Shown piece by piece: positions 22,268 to 33,751 of a stretch of 64,000 nucleotides of DNA. The notes below the pieces were generated by a model, which ran no database searches, had not been told where the DNA came from, and saw only the letters and a program-made list of their open reading frames with translations. The stretch spans positions 744,001 through 808,000 of the forward strand of contig CBFDEM010000054.1 in assembly GCA_965603825.1 (NCBI GenBank), in the 5' to 3' direction. This stretch comes from Blepharisma stoltei ATCC 30299. Lineage: Eukaryota; Protista; Ciliophora. Each line of letters starts with the position of its first letter. Positions within the stretch are counted from its first letter, which is position 1. The translations under genes were made by a program, and so were the position numbers.

Positions 22268-23452
22268 AATTTTGAGTTTGGAGTTATATTAAATTATTCT
22301 TTTGATAATTTTAATGGAGAATTTAAAGCTGATATAGATACAAAAAACTATTAATCTCGCCTTTTAAAGGAGAAATTAAGTATTTTTTTCAATTTTCTAT
22401 ATCTACTTTCAAAATTCACATTCAATTAATTCACTTTCATGCCAAGAAGGAAGTCATTGGATTTTAAGATGATACCTGGAAAAAAAAGCGTTTAAAGAGA
22501 CGCAAAAGGACAAGTAAAGCCGATTCTTTTCTTCAATGCTCCTGTTCATCAGAAACTTAGAAAGGTAACTGCTTAGGAGTAACCAATGTCTCTCTCACAC
22601 AGAACAGATATGATATTTTGTGCCACGGCTTAGGAAATAGCATTTCATCTTCTACTACACCAAAATCAATCCTTGGACAATTTTGGGAGATCTAGTCAGG
22701 ATCTGTGCACTATCCGAATAGGCCATATAAAAAGTATTTAAAGTTTTTATTATTTTTGTGTTGTGTTAAGGAAAATAAATTATGATTAGGATTGAAATCT
22801 TTACTTAAGCAGAAATATAATTTTTATTGTATTTGAATCAAGTGTTTTGTAGATTTTGATGATAAAATATTTTTCAGTCAGTAAACTAAATTTTATTATA
22901 ATTTGATTAATTTTATTATGAAGAGGAAAAATTGTTTGTTCAACTTTTAATAGAAAATCAGCATAAGTTTATGAAATATTATAAGAATAATCAATAGCAG
23001 CATATCTTATAAGCAATTGAAATTGCTATAACTCTATGCTAATATTTAATCTATTTATTATGAATTAAAAGCTTGCAAATATTTATTTAACTAAATTGCA
23101 TAAGCATTTACTACCTTATCTTTCCCAACACAAAAATTTCAAAAACCAGAAAAATGTTTATTTTCATGTTAAACTTATATAAATTTCTAATGAAAACCCC
23201 AATTTTTATATTGTGGTGATTCTATCAAAAAATCGATAATTTAATTTCTTTACCATTTTTGCATGAATGATGAATTTTATAATCCATAATTAACCATTCA
23301 TACAACAATTTCCAGCCCTTCCCTTTAAAATTAAAAAATAGCAATTTCTCCACATACTCAAAATCTACCAACAATTTAAAATCAATTTAATTAAATTTTA
23401 TTTTAAATATGAATTCGCTATTGTACTTCTTAATTAAATTTAACCTCAAAAA

Positions 23453-23866
23453 ATGAAAAGTGAAGGAAGTAGCGATGAGTCCAAACTCACCTGCAATATA
23501 TGCCAGCAGACTATAAAACACTCCTATTCTTTAGAAAGGCACATAAAAGTTGTCCATTATGGTTTCAGACCTTTTAAATGCGATTGTGGCAAAAGCTTTG
23601 CCACGAGGGAGCAATTAACTCGACATCATAACAGCAAACACTCAGAAGAGAAGCCATTTGTGTGTGAAAAAGGCTGCAACAAAGCATTTGCTTCTTATAG
23701 TGCTCGGTCTTATCACCATAATATTGTCCATGAAAAGCAAAAATTCAAGTGCCCTATGCTCGGTTGTAGCAAAGAGTATTCGTCAATGCATCATTTGAGG
23801 AATCATCAAGCCAAGCCTCATGATCCACTTATACAAATTCTTAATTCAATTAAATGGTTACCTTAA
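23453..23866 (+). CDS. C2H2 zinc-finger protein (4 fingers)
   Basis: CxxC...HxxxxH repeats with RPFKC and EKPFVC linkers. Confidence 0.92.
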   Translation: MKSEGSSDESKLTCNICQQTIKHSYSLERHIKVVHYGFRPFKCDCGKSFATREQLTRHHNSKHSEEKPFVCEKGCNKAFASYSARSYHHNIVHEKQKFKCPMLGCSKEYSSMHHLRNHQAKPHDPLIQILNSIKWLP

Positions 23867-24174
23867 TTAAGTAAAACCGATCATTTTCCTTATCCTCCCC
23901 AATTAATTTAAAATAATTAAGGGTAATTATTTAGATAAAAATAATAATTTATGCACAGACAATTAGAAGAAATTCCATTCTAATGCCATTTTGAGAGCAA
24001 TTACTTCTATTGGCTGCCATATTAAATCAGTAAACGCTGTGTAGCTGCTTAATTATTACTTTTCATATTTCAAAATATTTTTGTACAACAATTGGTTTTG
24101 AGCTCGAATAGAAAAAAATTCCTCCACAATAAATTTTTATTAAAGCTAACGTAGGAAATAACTTCTCTTATAAA

Positions 24175-24642
24175 ATGTCGAGCCACGAATATTGAAAAAA
24201 GTTACTGAAATCATCTGATTTTTCTTCAAAAATACCAGACGAAACAATACATTTAGAATTGCTCTTAAAGGAATATTGAAAAGGGAGATCGATATTGGCA
24301 GAAATTGATTTGGACGATAAACATGATGAGAAAAAAGATCAAGAAGAAGAAAAGAAAATAATTTCAATTACTCCGAAGCAAAAATCAAGAAAGCACGTTT
24401 TATCTTTAACTCATAAGCCTGTTGACAGGTTTGAGCATAAAATTATAAATAATACAGAAGCATTAAAACTTCCACTACACAGGCTAAGCCAGACTCCGAG
24501 ACGGAATTCAGCCAAATCAGACAGTTTAAAGAAATATCGACGCATGCCAAGTATAGAAAGTTATGTGGTCAGGAGACAAACTGACAGGATTAGGCTCAAG
24601 CTTAAAAAAGAGCTTTTAATTCCTGAAGGATTAAGACTGTAA
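24175..24642 (+). CDS. Hypothetical basic protein (~155 aa)
   Basis: ATG 24175 is in frame with the listed ORF through two TGA codons; start is uncertain. Confidence 0.55.
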
Positions 24643-24659
24643 GTAATATTTATATTATT

Positions 24660-26789
24660 TTATAATCTATCAAGTTCTCTTAAGTCAAGCTTAACCTCTT
24701 CAGCTGAATAAAAGCTGCATCTCTGCCTGTTCGGCGATTTATATTTTCTGCTTAATAGAGCACTCCAGTCAATTTTTTTGAAAAATGGGTGCAATTTTAT
24801 ATCACGGATACTGAGGCGTTTTTTAGGGTCTTTTTCCATAAGTTTTTTAATTAAATCTCTGGCTTCTACAGAAAGGATGTCAGGAATTTCAAGTTTTCCG
24901 GTTTTTATGGTACGAAAGAGCTCTTCTATGTCATCAGAATAATAAGGGGGAGCGCCTACTAGAAGCTCATACATCATTACCCCAAGGGAATAAAGATCTG
25001 AAGGCTTGCCTACAGCTTGGTGCTTTAAGACTTCTGGAGGCATGTAAATTGGGGAGCCTACTAAAGTAGCTGATGTTTCTGGCTTTGTGACGTTTTCTTT
25101 GGCAATGCCAAAATCAGCTAGCTTTATATGGCCTTTGCTATCAAGAAGGACATTTGCAGGCTTTAAGTCCCTATATAATATATTATTATCATGGAGATAT
25201 TCCAATGCCAGTATAATTTCAGCTAAATAAAACCTAGCTTCGTGCTCACATATAAGTCCTCTGACCTCCAAAAGGTTTTCTAAATCCCCTTCACTGCAAT
25301 ATTCCATCACCATATACAGATTCTGGGCATTCTGAAATGCGTAATAAAATGCCAAAATATAAGGATGTTTAAGCTGCTTCATCAGCCTGCACTCAGTAAT
25401 TGCATATTTTAGCTTGCCCTGCCTTTTCAGCTGTTTTTTCCCTAAGGATTTCATAGCAAAAATTCCTCCAGTGTCAATCTTCTTGACCATATGAACTGTC
25501 CCAAAGCTTCCAGACCCTATTTCTTCAATAATTTCAAAACAAGCTAAACTGATCATTTCTTTTTCGGTATCTTCAAAAGATTTTCGGACATCAATCTGAG
25601 GGTCTTCATCTTCCTCAATTTCATACTCTTCAAAGGCCATATTGTCGTTATCAATACCTATTTTATTTATTTGGCAGTAATGAATAGCGTTGGTCAGCTG
25701 ACAAATCCATTCGTTCCTGTAATCTTTGTTTTTGGTCGAGTATTTTCTTTCACATTTGTTGTAATAAATTTCAAAATTAAAATACTTTTTTGTAGAAAAT
25801 GCTGAGCTTGGGGATTCTTTTACCTGCTGAATGTCCATTAATTTATAGCGAAAACTGGCTGTTCCGCTTATAGTCCCATGAACTTTATCGTATTCTTCAA
25901 GCATCCCGTTTTCCAAGTTGATTTTTAGCTGAACTATTTTATCATGCAAATATAATGATCTTGTTAATAGCAATTCTCCTATAAAAGGAAGAGTCTGAGG
26001 GTTTACCCCATATTTTTCTAATTCCCATTGCCCCATATAAACTGGTATCATTTCAATAATTTCTGGGTTTCTAGCCAATTGTAAAGGAATTCTCCCACAG
26101 TTGTCTTCTATTATACAGCAGGCTCGGTTGTCTAATAGCAGTTTAACTATTTCTGTGTCGCCTAGTTCAACTGCTCTGTGAAGAGCTGTCCCTCTAGATG
26201 TTAACTTGTTTATTTGGATACTTTGATGCCCTAAAAGAAGCTTGACGCAGCCTATATTCATATGGGTGCATGCTAAAATTAAGGGCGTCCAGCCGTCTTC
26301 AGTTTCTTGATTGCAGTTCCACATTTGATTAATTAAAATTTCAACAAAGCTTTCTCTTCCGTAATAGCAAGAATAATGAAGCAAAGTCCACCCATTCACA
26401 TAAGTCTCATTGATTAAGTTCTGATCCAAGACTAAAGCTTTATCCCATACACTCTCCAGCCCACGAATGTCATTATTTTTAATACATGTCACAGCACTTG
26501 CTAGCAATTTTTCGACTTGTATTGAAGGAGAATCTTCATGTGCATGGGTTTGTAGAAGAATAAAAGGCTTGGGGTCAGTAAGAAAGAAGGAAAGAGGCCA
26601 AGCATCTGTCATCATTATTTTTTGGTTCATTCTCATTGTATATAGTTGAAATATATGCAAGTTAAAATTAAATTTGTTCGAAATTTCTTGACGCAGATGT
26701 CCTACCTTCATAGAGAGATCCAAAGTTAGAGATGTAAGCTTTTCTCGTCTGCAACTTAGACCGTCAACTTGATAAAGAGCAATCTTCAT
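24660..26789 (-). CDS. Ankyrin-repeat / PH-domain AGC kinase with a ubiquitin-like N-terminus
   Basis: GWTLLHYSC, GWTPLILAC and GTALHRAV ankyrins; PH end RNEWICQL; GSGSFG, YRDLKPAN, DFG, FFKKIDW. Confidence 0.92.
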   Translation of the reverse strand: MKIALYQVDGLSCRREKLTSLTLDLSMKVGHLRQEISNKFNFNLHIFQLYTMRMNQKIMMTDAWPLSFFLTDPKPFILLQTHAHEDSPSIQVEKLLASAVTCIKNNDIRGLESVWDKALVLDQNLINETYVNGWTLLHYSCYYGRESFVEILINQMWNCNQETEDGWTPLILACTHMNIGCVKLLLGHQSIQINKLTSRGTALHRAVELGDTEIVKLLLDNRACCIIEDNCGRIPLQLARNPEIIEMIPVYMGQWELEKYGVNPQTLPFIGELLLTRSLYLHDKIVQLKINLENGMLEEYDKVHGTISGTASFRYKLMDIQQVKESPSSAFSTKKYFNFEIYYNKCERKYSTKNKDYRNEWICQLTNAIHYCQINKIGIDNDNMAFEEYEIEEDEDPQIDVRKSFEDTEKEMISLACFEIIEEIGSGSFGTVHMVKKIDTGGIFAMKSLGKKQLKRQGKLKYAITECRLMKQLKHPYILAFYYAFQNAQNLYMVMEYCSEGDLENLLEVRGLICEHEARFYLAEIILALEYLHDNNILYRDLKPANVLLDSKGHIKLADFGIAKENVTKPETSATLVGSPIYMPPEVLKHQAVGKPSDLYSLGVMMYELLVGAPPYYSDDIEELFRTIKTGKLEIPDILSVEARDLIKKLMEKDPKKRLSIRDIKLHPFFKKIDWSALLSRKYKSPNRQRCSFYSAEEVKLDLRELDRL

Positions 26790-27507
26790 TTATAAAAATA
26801 CTTTTAAGAAAAAATACTCAGCTTTTAGATTTTTAATATTGGAAAAATATACAAAGTATTTTGCTCGAGGAAAGCAAAATTAATTAAATGAAGACAGAAT
26901 TTTAAGATTTATATAAAATTTAAAGAGGAGAAATCAGTTCAACAAAAATGGCTACGCTTAATATACTTCGTTAATAGCATAGATTTAATAATAAATATAT
27001 AACTAGCTTTAATATACCAAGCTCAGCGCATTAAAATGCAATTAATTATTATTTTATTTAATTAAATATTTTGAGCTCTTAATATTTTTTCTTCAGCACA
27101 TTTTACCTTTGAGAGAATAAAAATTATGATATTAATAAAAATTTTAGCAAATTTCTAGCTGAACTCTCTATTTACTTTTATGAAAAATTGATAATAATTG
27201 ATTGTAGGAAAATACATTAAAGATGGAAGAAATAATTTATCGCAAACGATCTCTCATATAAAGAGATAATTTTTGACTGATTTCTTAAAATATACACTAG
27301 ATTTAATTAATATTTATAATTTCAACACATAATGGCAGCTAAGCTTATACTTCAGTTAAAAATGAAACGCAAAACACTCGGAAAAAATTTAAATTCTCTT
27401 TTTTGATTAAGGCTTGAATCGTTCACAAATTATTATAATTAATATTTTTACATCATGCAAATAAATTAAATCGAATTAAAATACTTATATTTTATCACTT
27501 AGCTATC

Positions 27508-27768
27508 TTATGCCTTTAAGGTCTCCAGTAGTCGCAAAGGTTTAATCAGGTCGAAGTTGTCTTCAATCAGAATTAAACGATGCCTTCTTTGTTTTAATTT
27601 GTCTATGGCTCTCTCGCTTTCAATTGACTTTTCCTGGTCAATTGCTCATGAAAATCTTTTATTTTCATGGCGTGGAGTGTCTGAAAGGAAGTCAAAATTA
27701 TAGAGATCTGACTTGGCTGCTGCAGCTTCTTGAAGCTCTTTCTTCATTTCTATTATTAAATCTTCCAT
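27508..27768 (-). CDS. Cip/Kip/KRP-type CDK inhibitor (CDI domain), 86 aa; absent from ORF track
   Basis: MEDLIIEMKKELQEAAAAKSDLYNFDFLSDTPRHENKRFS(W=TGA) matches the YNFDFxxxxPxxGRYEW motif; ends in TAA. Confidence 0.72.
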
Positions 27769-28091
27769 TTTATTATATTAATTAGTGGCATATTGTAATA
27801 GCTTTCGCGGCATATTAGAAAAGTGAAAAAAATATGTATAATAATTAGATAAAACGTATTTATCTCATTGCGCACATAATGGAGAAATATCAAAATGGCA
27901 CTAATTTTAATAAAGTAATTAATTTTAAATTATTATAAAATTATGTCATTTTTCCAGTAATGACGTTTCATAAGAATTCCAAATAAATCTTAAAAAAATC
28001 AAATTTTTTGTGATTTTCTAAAAAATGAAAATTTGACATCATCACTTTCAATCTTTCATAGAAAATTCTAAAGTTTAGAAACATTAATTAA

Positions 28092-29075
28092 ATGGAGCCG
28101 TGCCTAGTGTGCTATATAGAGCACCCCCAGACAGATTTTATTTCTTTATCTTGTGGATGCCGCTTCTGCAAAGATGTGGTACGCGGGTGGGTGACATCTC
28201 AGCTCATGAAATATTTCGTTGAAGACTTTTTTATTTTGTGCCCAAAAGGTGAGCGTGGGCATTATATAAATGAAAACGACATCAAGTCTTGTCTTACAGA
28301 CGAAGAGTATGCTAATTACCAATTTATTTTGCTTAAAAGAAGCTTAATTCATGATGAAGAATACAAAATCTGCTCATCAAAAGAATGCAACGCAATTGGC
28401 TGGATCGATAACTCTATTTCTTGCACAAAGCCTTTAATCTGCAATGTTTGCAAGAACGAATGAATCGATCCTTTTCTACGTCCCTGGCAATATCGCTACT
28501 ACGAAATTTTCAAAGCTGTCTATTCAGGGGAGGTCGAGCTATGAAGCTGCCTATGAAAAGAACTCTGGACAAAATTATGCCCGATGTGTGGCTTTCCTAT
28601 AGAAAAATCAGGCGGATGCCCTCATATGATATGCCAACACTGCACCCATGAATTCTGCTGGAACTGTTTGACTGAATATGACAGTCACAATTATGGAAAA
28701 TGCGAATACAGATTTGCCTATAGAGGGATTTACTATGCGTGAATTTTTATTTTTTTTATTTTGAAAATTTTTTATTCATCTGAAGTGTATGGGGATATTT
28801 TCAGCTATTTGGTAGACCAGATGAAAATTTTTTTTATTGCAGCTATAATAGCTGTATCATGTGTAGGGACTTTTACAATGGCGTGATATTTTTATAGGTC
28901 TAAGCATAAGACCAAATATTTAGCTGTGGTTTTGCTACCATTGGCTATATTGTCGGATTATATGGTTTTTTCTTATCTTTCACAATTGGATGAGATTGAA
29001 CAAGTGATGAAGTTAATTACGAAATTGTTAACGAGCGCAATTTCTGTTTATGGGGGATGGAAATTGCTGTATTAA
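28092..29075 (+). CDS. RBR-type (RING1-IBR-RING2) E3 ligase with multiple C-terminal TM segments (~327 aa)
   Basis: Reading TGA as Trp gives CPMCGFPIEKSGGCPHMICQHCTHEFCWNCL (RING2), then hydrophobic helices; TAA 29073-29075. Confidence 0.88.
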
Positions 29076-29121
29076 ATATAAATTTTACTATTCGATTTTA
29101 ATAGAAATTTATTTTCTTTAT

Positions 29122-29688
29122 TTATATTACTGGCTTAGAAATTTTATCAAGAATTGTGCGTCGGTTGCTATGAACATGTCTAAGCCTATTAGAAGCCGTT
29201 ATATGTTTTTCGCCATCATTCGTAAAGCTCTGAGAAATAGTATCCACCTTAAAACTTCCTTCAGGGTTCAGTTCAAATATTTTTTCTGAATATGATTTCA
29301 TAGGACTTGGTGACAGTGTGTATTTAACCTTTTTATCAAATTCGTCAATAGACACATCAAGAATGTCTTTGGTTTTTACACTTATTTTATCCAAATTTTT
29401 TACTATGATTTTCTTTCTATTATACAGTCCTGGTCTTTTATAGGTGGATTGGATTTTTCTATGTCAATCTTCTGTTTGTTGGGATATGTGAGTATCAATT
29501 ATTTTTAGGACTGATTCTTTATTGTATTCCATTTTCCTCATGATAACTTTTCTGATATGTCTTGAATCCCTCGCTTTTGGGCTTCTTTTTGGGTCACCTA
29601 TGCTGAAATGTCTTTGCATCATTGGAGATGAGCTCCTCATCATTGAAAAAGACTTGCGAGAGTAGTTAGTTAAAAAGTTGGATGTCAT
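29122..29688 (-). CDS. Hypothetical basic protein (~188 aa)
   Basis: Two listed ORFs share a frame across TGA 29464-29466. Confidence 0.7.
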
Positions 29689-29806
29689 ACTTAAATAATA
29701 TGGGTTCTCTTTTTAATTTTCTTAATTATTATCAAATTATTATCAAATTATCATTAAGTTCCTCAATTAAGTTAAATAAAAAACTCAGTCTAAGGCTTTC
29801 TTAACT

Positions 29807-31387
29807 TTAAGGGATCGTGCAAAATCTCAATAAAGATGTGTCTCCTTCAACAAAGGAATCTTTTCCTCCACACACATATATCACAGTCTGTCCTGCTTGT
29901 GCTAAATTATGTTCCTTCGCAATATTAAGGGCACTTTCTACCAAATGGCTTGCAGTCTGGTCCATCAGAACAGGGTAAACACCTCTTACAATTCTTAAGA
30001 ATCTTAATGTTTTTGAGCAGTCAGTTATTGCTAAAACCATGCAGGCAGGCTTATATTTTACGATTTTCTGAGCAGTTTTGCCTGTTTTTGTGATACAAAT
30101 AATTAGTGAAGCCATGGTGCTAGAGACTGATCTGACTGCGGAGTAGCAAATATTTTCGGTAATGCTCATTGGGAGTTTTAGGTCTCTGAATATCATTTCT
30201 TGTTCTTCTTCATAATGAATATGCTGCTCTGCTTCAGAAATTATTGATTCTAAATACTGTACAGCTAACAAAGGGTTTCTGCCATATGCAGTTTCTCCTG
30301 TAAGTATAATTCCGTCTACCCCATCAAAGACCATGTTAGTAATATCGGTAACCTCTGACCTTGAAGGCTTTAGCCGGCTGACCAACGAATCTAATACTTG
30401 TGTTGACAATAAAACAGGCTTTCCTTTATCATTGCATTTTTTAATAATCAATTTTTGAAGTCGACAAACCTCAGACAGCCCCGTTTCTACTCCTAAAATT
30501 CCACGACCTATAGCAGCCCCATCAGACAGCTGTATAAAATTATCAAGATACCCTATGCTTTCCTTTGTTTGAATTCCTGCAAATCTTTTCGTTTTTGGAG
30601 GAATCCTTATACTTCACAAGCTTTCTAAGTCATCTTCTCCTCTGACTTGCTTATAAATAATCACATCAAAATCCACAGAACTCGCCCATTCCAGCAGTCT
30701 GATGTCTTCCATATCATTATTTATATCAGGGTCAAATATATTTGTATGTGAAAAGTTGACAGGGATTTGATCATTTATGACACACTTATTCTCAGCCCTG
30801 CATATCACAACTTTTGGCGCTTTCGCAATTTTTGGCTTTACGCGCTGATATCTTTGGAAATTGTTTATAGGCTTTAAGTCGTTGCTGGCTTCAGGGTTTT
30901 CATTTATGATAGGTGAGCCTTGATTATCGGCTGCTGGATCTGGAGTGAGGGATCTTGGCTTGTAAAGTTCGACGTTTAATACTGTAAAAACGACTTTTCC
31001 GAATTCCAACAGAAGCTTGTCATCTCGTTTAACCAAATTTGGCAGCTCTCTATTGTTGCAGATAGCTACATTAGTGTCATCAACTAAAGAGGCATCATTC
31101 ACAATTTTCACGATATCTCCTTCTTTCAGCACAATTGGGTTTTGAGGGTCAGGACTTCCTATGCGAATGTCGCTTTCTCTTAAACTCAAAATCACACAAA
31201 CTTCTCTTTTGGCTTCTTGCTCAGCTTCTCTAAGATTTCTCATTATGAGATCTTTGTCTTCGGGTCTGATAAACCTGGTGCTTAATCTGATTCCGTCAAC
31301 TCCTGCTTTAATTAGCTCGTATAAGGCTTTTTTAGAAGAAGACGCTTTGCCGACTGTCATAATGATTTTTGTTTTCCTGGTTTCCAT
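29807..31387 (-). CDS. Pyruvate-kinase-like protein with a degenerate active site (~526 aa)
   Basis: RKTKIIMTVG, GKPVLLSTQVLDSL, PSRSEVTDITNMVFDGVDGIILTGETAYG and the PK C-domain; joined by TGA 30614-30616. Confidence 0.88.
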
Positions 31388-31497
31388 TTATATAGATGCT
31401 GAAATTTTTGGCTAGGCTTGGGAATTAAAAAATTAATTTATAGGAAATAGATTTTCTACAAGGGATTTTGGGAGAAATTATCATAAATTAAGATATT

Positions 31498-32277
31498 ATG
31501 TCGATAGCCAATGATAGAGAAGTTACAAAGGACAAGCAGATAAGAAGGCCAAGAACAGAAATGATAAAGAATATTGATTTGGCGAAGAATAGCAAACAGA
31601 TGTATACTATGCCGAGCCCAGCATATCATAAATCTCTATCACATGGCCTCCCCAGCAACCGCTCCTCAGTCCACGTTCCATCATCTGATGAAATAAGGCA
31701 AATCACTGAAGGCTTTGTGTCAAGCAAAAAAAGATCGACTGAGACCAATTTTTATTCCACTTTTAGCACTACTTCTTTTTCAGATTCACAAAGGACTTAT
31801 AAACTCCCACGGCTAGTCTTAGTAAAAGCACTTAAAGGAGTCAATACAGGAGCCAATTGGTTTGATGAAAACGAAGAGCTTAATCTTCGTGACGGAAAAG
31901 GCTCAACCAGGTTTTCAGCTAAACCAAACACAACTGGGGAGTCTTGGAATAAAATTTTCCCTACAAGAGAAGTCCCGTTTCAAAAGGTCCCAAAAACACA
32001 TAGTGAAAGATTTTCTCTTATAAATCCAAAAGAAGACTTAGAGTTGGCAAATTATGTGGTAAACTGCAAAAATGCATTTAAAACAGAGTGGTCTAAGCAT
32101 AGAGAGCTTAAAGACAGGAAATTTTTCCCTGAGCTGCATCCTGAGTTTATTGGGTTTTCTAAGGAGCATGGGATTAAGAGGGATAGAATTGTGATTTTCA
32201 GAGAAGAAATGCTAAAAGTCCAGAATATGATGAAAGAGGCATGGACAAAAAAGAAAGGGCCTGGAGCCAAGGTATAA
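31498..32277 (+). CDS. Hypothetical protein (259 aa)
   Basis: Long uninterrupted ATG-TAA ORF; no recognised domain. Confidence 0.75.
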   Translation: MSIANDREVTKDKQIRRPRTEMIKNIDLAKNSKQMYTMPSPAYHKSLSHGLPSNRSSVHVPSSDEIRQITEGFVSSKKRSTETNFYSTFSTTSFSDSQRTYKLPRLVLVKALKGVNTGANWFDENEELNLRDGKGSTRFSAKPNTTGESWNKIFPTREVPFQKVPKTHSERFSLINPKEDLELANYVVNCKNAFKTEWSKHRELKDRKFFPELHPEFIGFSKEHGIKRDRIVIFREEMLKVQNMMKEAWTKKKGPGAKV

Positions 32278-32326
32278 GAATAAGCATTCTTATATATTAT
32301 TTTTAGTTATAATAAATCCCCATAAT

Positions 32327-33403
32327 ATGGAAAAGAAAATAACTAATGACTTGCTTGGGATCATAAGAGCCTTATCATGTCTCCCATGCTCCAGACCTTT
32401 TCTTAAGCCTGTCGACGTAATCGCATTAGGCATCCCAGACTATTTGACTATCATTGATCGGCCAATGGATTTAGGCACAATTAAGACAAAACTAATGAAA
32501 AAAGAATACACAGACAAGCAGCAATTTTTACAGGACGTTTACCAGATTTTCGATAACTGTAGGAGATATAACACTGACCCAAGAAATCCAGTCAGAGTTT
32601 TATGTGAAGACTTGCAAACACAATTTGAGCTACAATGAACAAAGCTGGAAGACGGGAATAAGGCAAAAAATATATAGGTTGATAAAAATAAAGAAGACAT
32701 CACTATAACCATACCTAATAAAAGGGAGCCAGAAAATACCATTGAGGTTAAAAGATTATCAAGTGCCTCAAGAAAACAAAAATCATCGTCAATCATAAAA
32801 ATCCCAAATTTTGATATGGAGAGGACTGAGGAAAAAGTCAGAGAAAAAAAGCCAAAAAGAGAAAAAATAGTAGAAAAACCTATAGAAAAGCCTGTGGAGA
32901 AAGTAATAGAAAAACCAATTGAAGAAAATTTTAAAAAATTTGAAATTCAGGTTAATACAAATATTGAGGAGCCTGACGAGGTTTTTAAAGAAGAATTTGA
33001 AGAGCCAATAAAGGTGGATAGCAGTGAAACTTCTGTACAAATTTTTATACCTCCTCAGCCACCTTCACCTCCTGAAGCACCTGTCTCTCCGCCGGCTGCT
33101 CCTCAAAAGACTGCCCAAGAGTTATGAACGGTGCCAATCCAAAAAAAACGAAAAAATGAGGAAGTTATTTATGAAGAGGAGCTTAATTATGACAAATTGT
33201 TAGGAAGGGACGAGTCTGATAGTATAATCAAGCTTAAAATCCCAGAACTTCCACAAGAAGAAATAGAAAATAACGAAGATGCTCCAGCACCTATTAAATT
33301 TGATAGTAACGAATATATGAAGGCTGTTCTGCAGCCTATGGTTGATGCAGATACCAAGAGAAAGCTAAGAAGCATTCTATATAAAACTATGCTGGCAGCT
33401 TAA
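32327..33403 (+). CDS. Bromodomain protein (~353 aa)
   Basis: PFLKPVD...PDYLTIIDRPMDLGTIK...FDNCRRYN; continues via TGA, a GC-AG intron and a second TGA through VEKP repeats and a Pro-rich tract. Confidence 0.85.
32663..32677 (+). other. 15-nt GC-AG intron
   Basis: AAG|GCAAAAAATATATAG|GTT; removes the only in-frame TAG; has TA at positions 9-10 like the other introns. Confidence 0.72.
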
Positions 33404-33751
33404 AATATTATGTAATGGATCTAAAGTTTAAAAATTTGTATTACTCTCCTAGGCATATTTTATATGATTATTAAAGTGTAAATTTTTATTTTCAATTTCA
33501 AAATCTTTTCTTTAAATTAAAATAAAGAAAAAATAGCCAAACTAAATTAAAAAATTACTATATAGAGGCTGCATTCTATTGAAGCTAGTTTGTATTTGTA
33601 AAGTTTTTATTTAATTAAATTGCTCATTTCACATCATTTTTTCTCGAAAATCTGTTTCGATGAAAGCTATTTTAATATTTAATAAATATATTAAAAAAAA
33701 TTAATTTATGATCTTAGGCAGTCTAAATGCCTAAATAATTTTTTTAATTAT

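Noticed and set aside
22530-22580. FNAPVHQKLRK resemblance to ribosomal protein uL24/RPL26
   Set aside because: Similarity is limited to a few residues and is followed by stops
24030-24044. GTAAACGCTGTGTAG as a 15-nt intron extending the 24175 gene
   Set aside because: It lacks the position-10 A, and removal does not join an open frame to the downstream ORF
32866-32927. Short tandem-like repeats
   Set aside because: They encode VEKP/IEKP low-complexity peptide inside the bromodomain gene and are not an independent array
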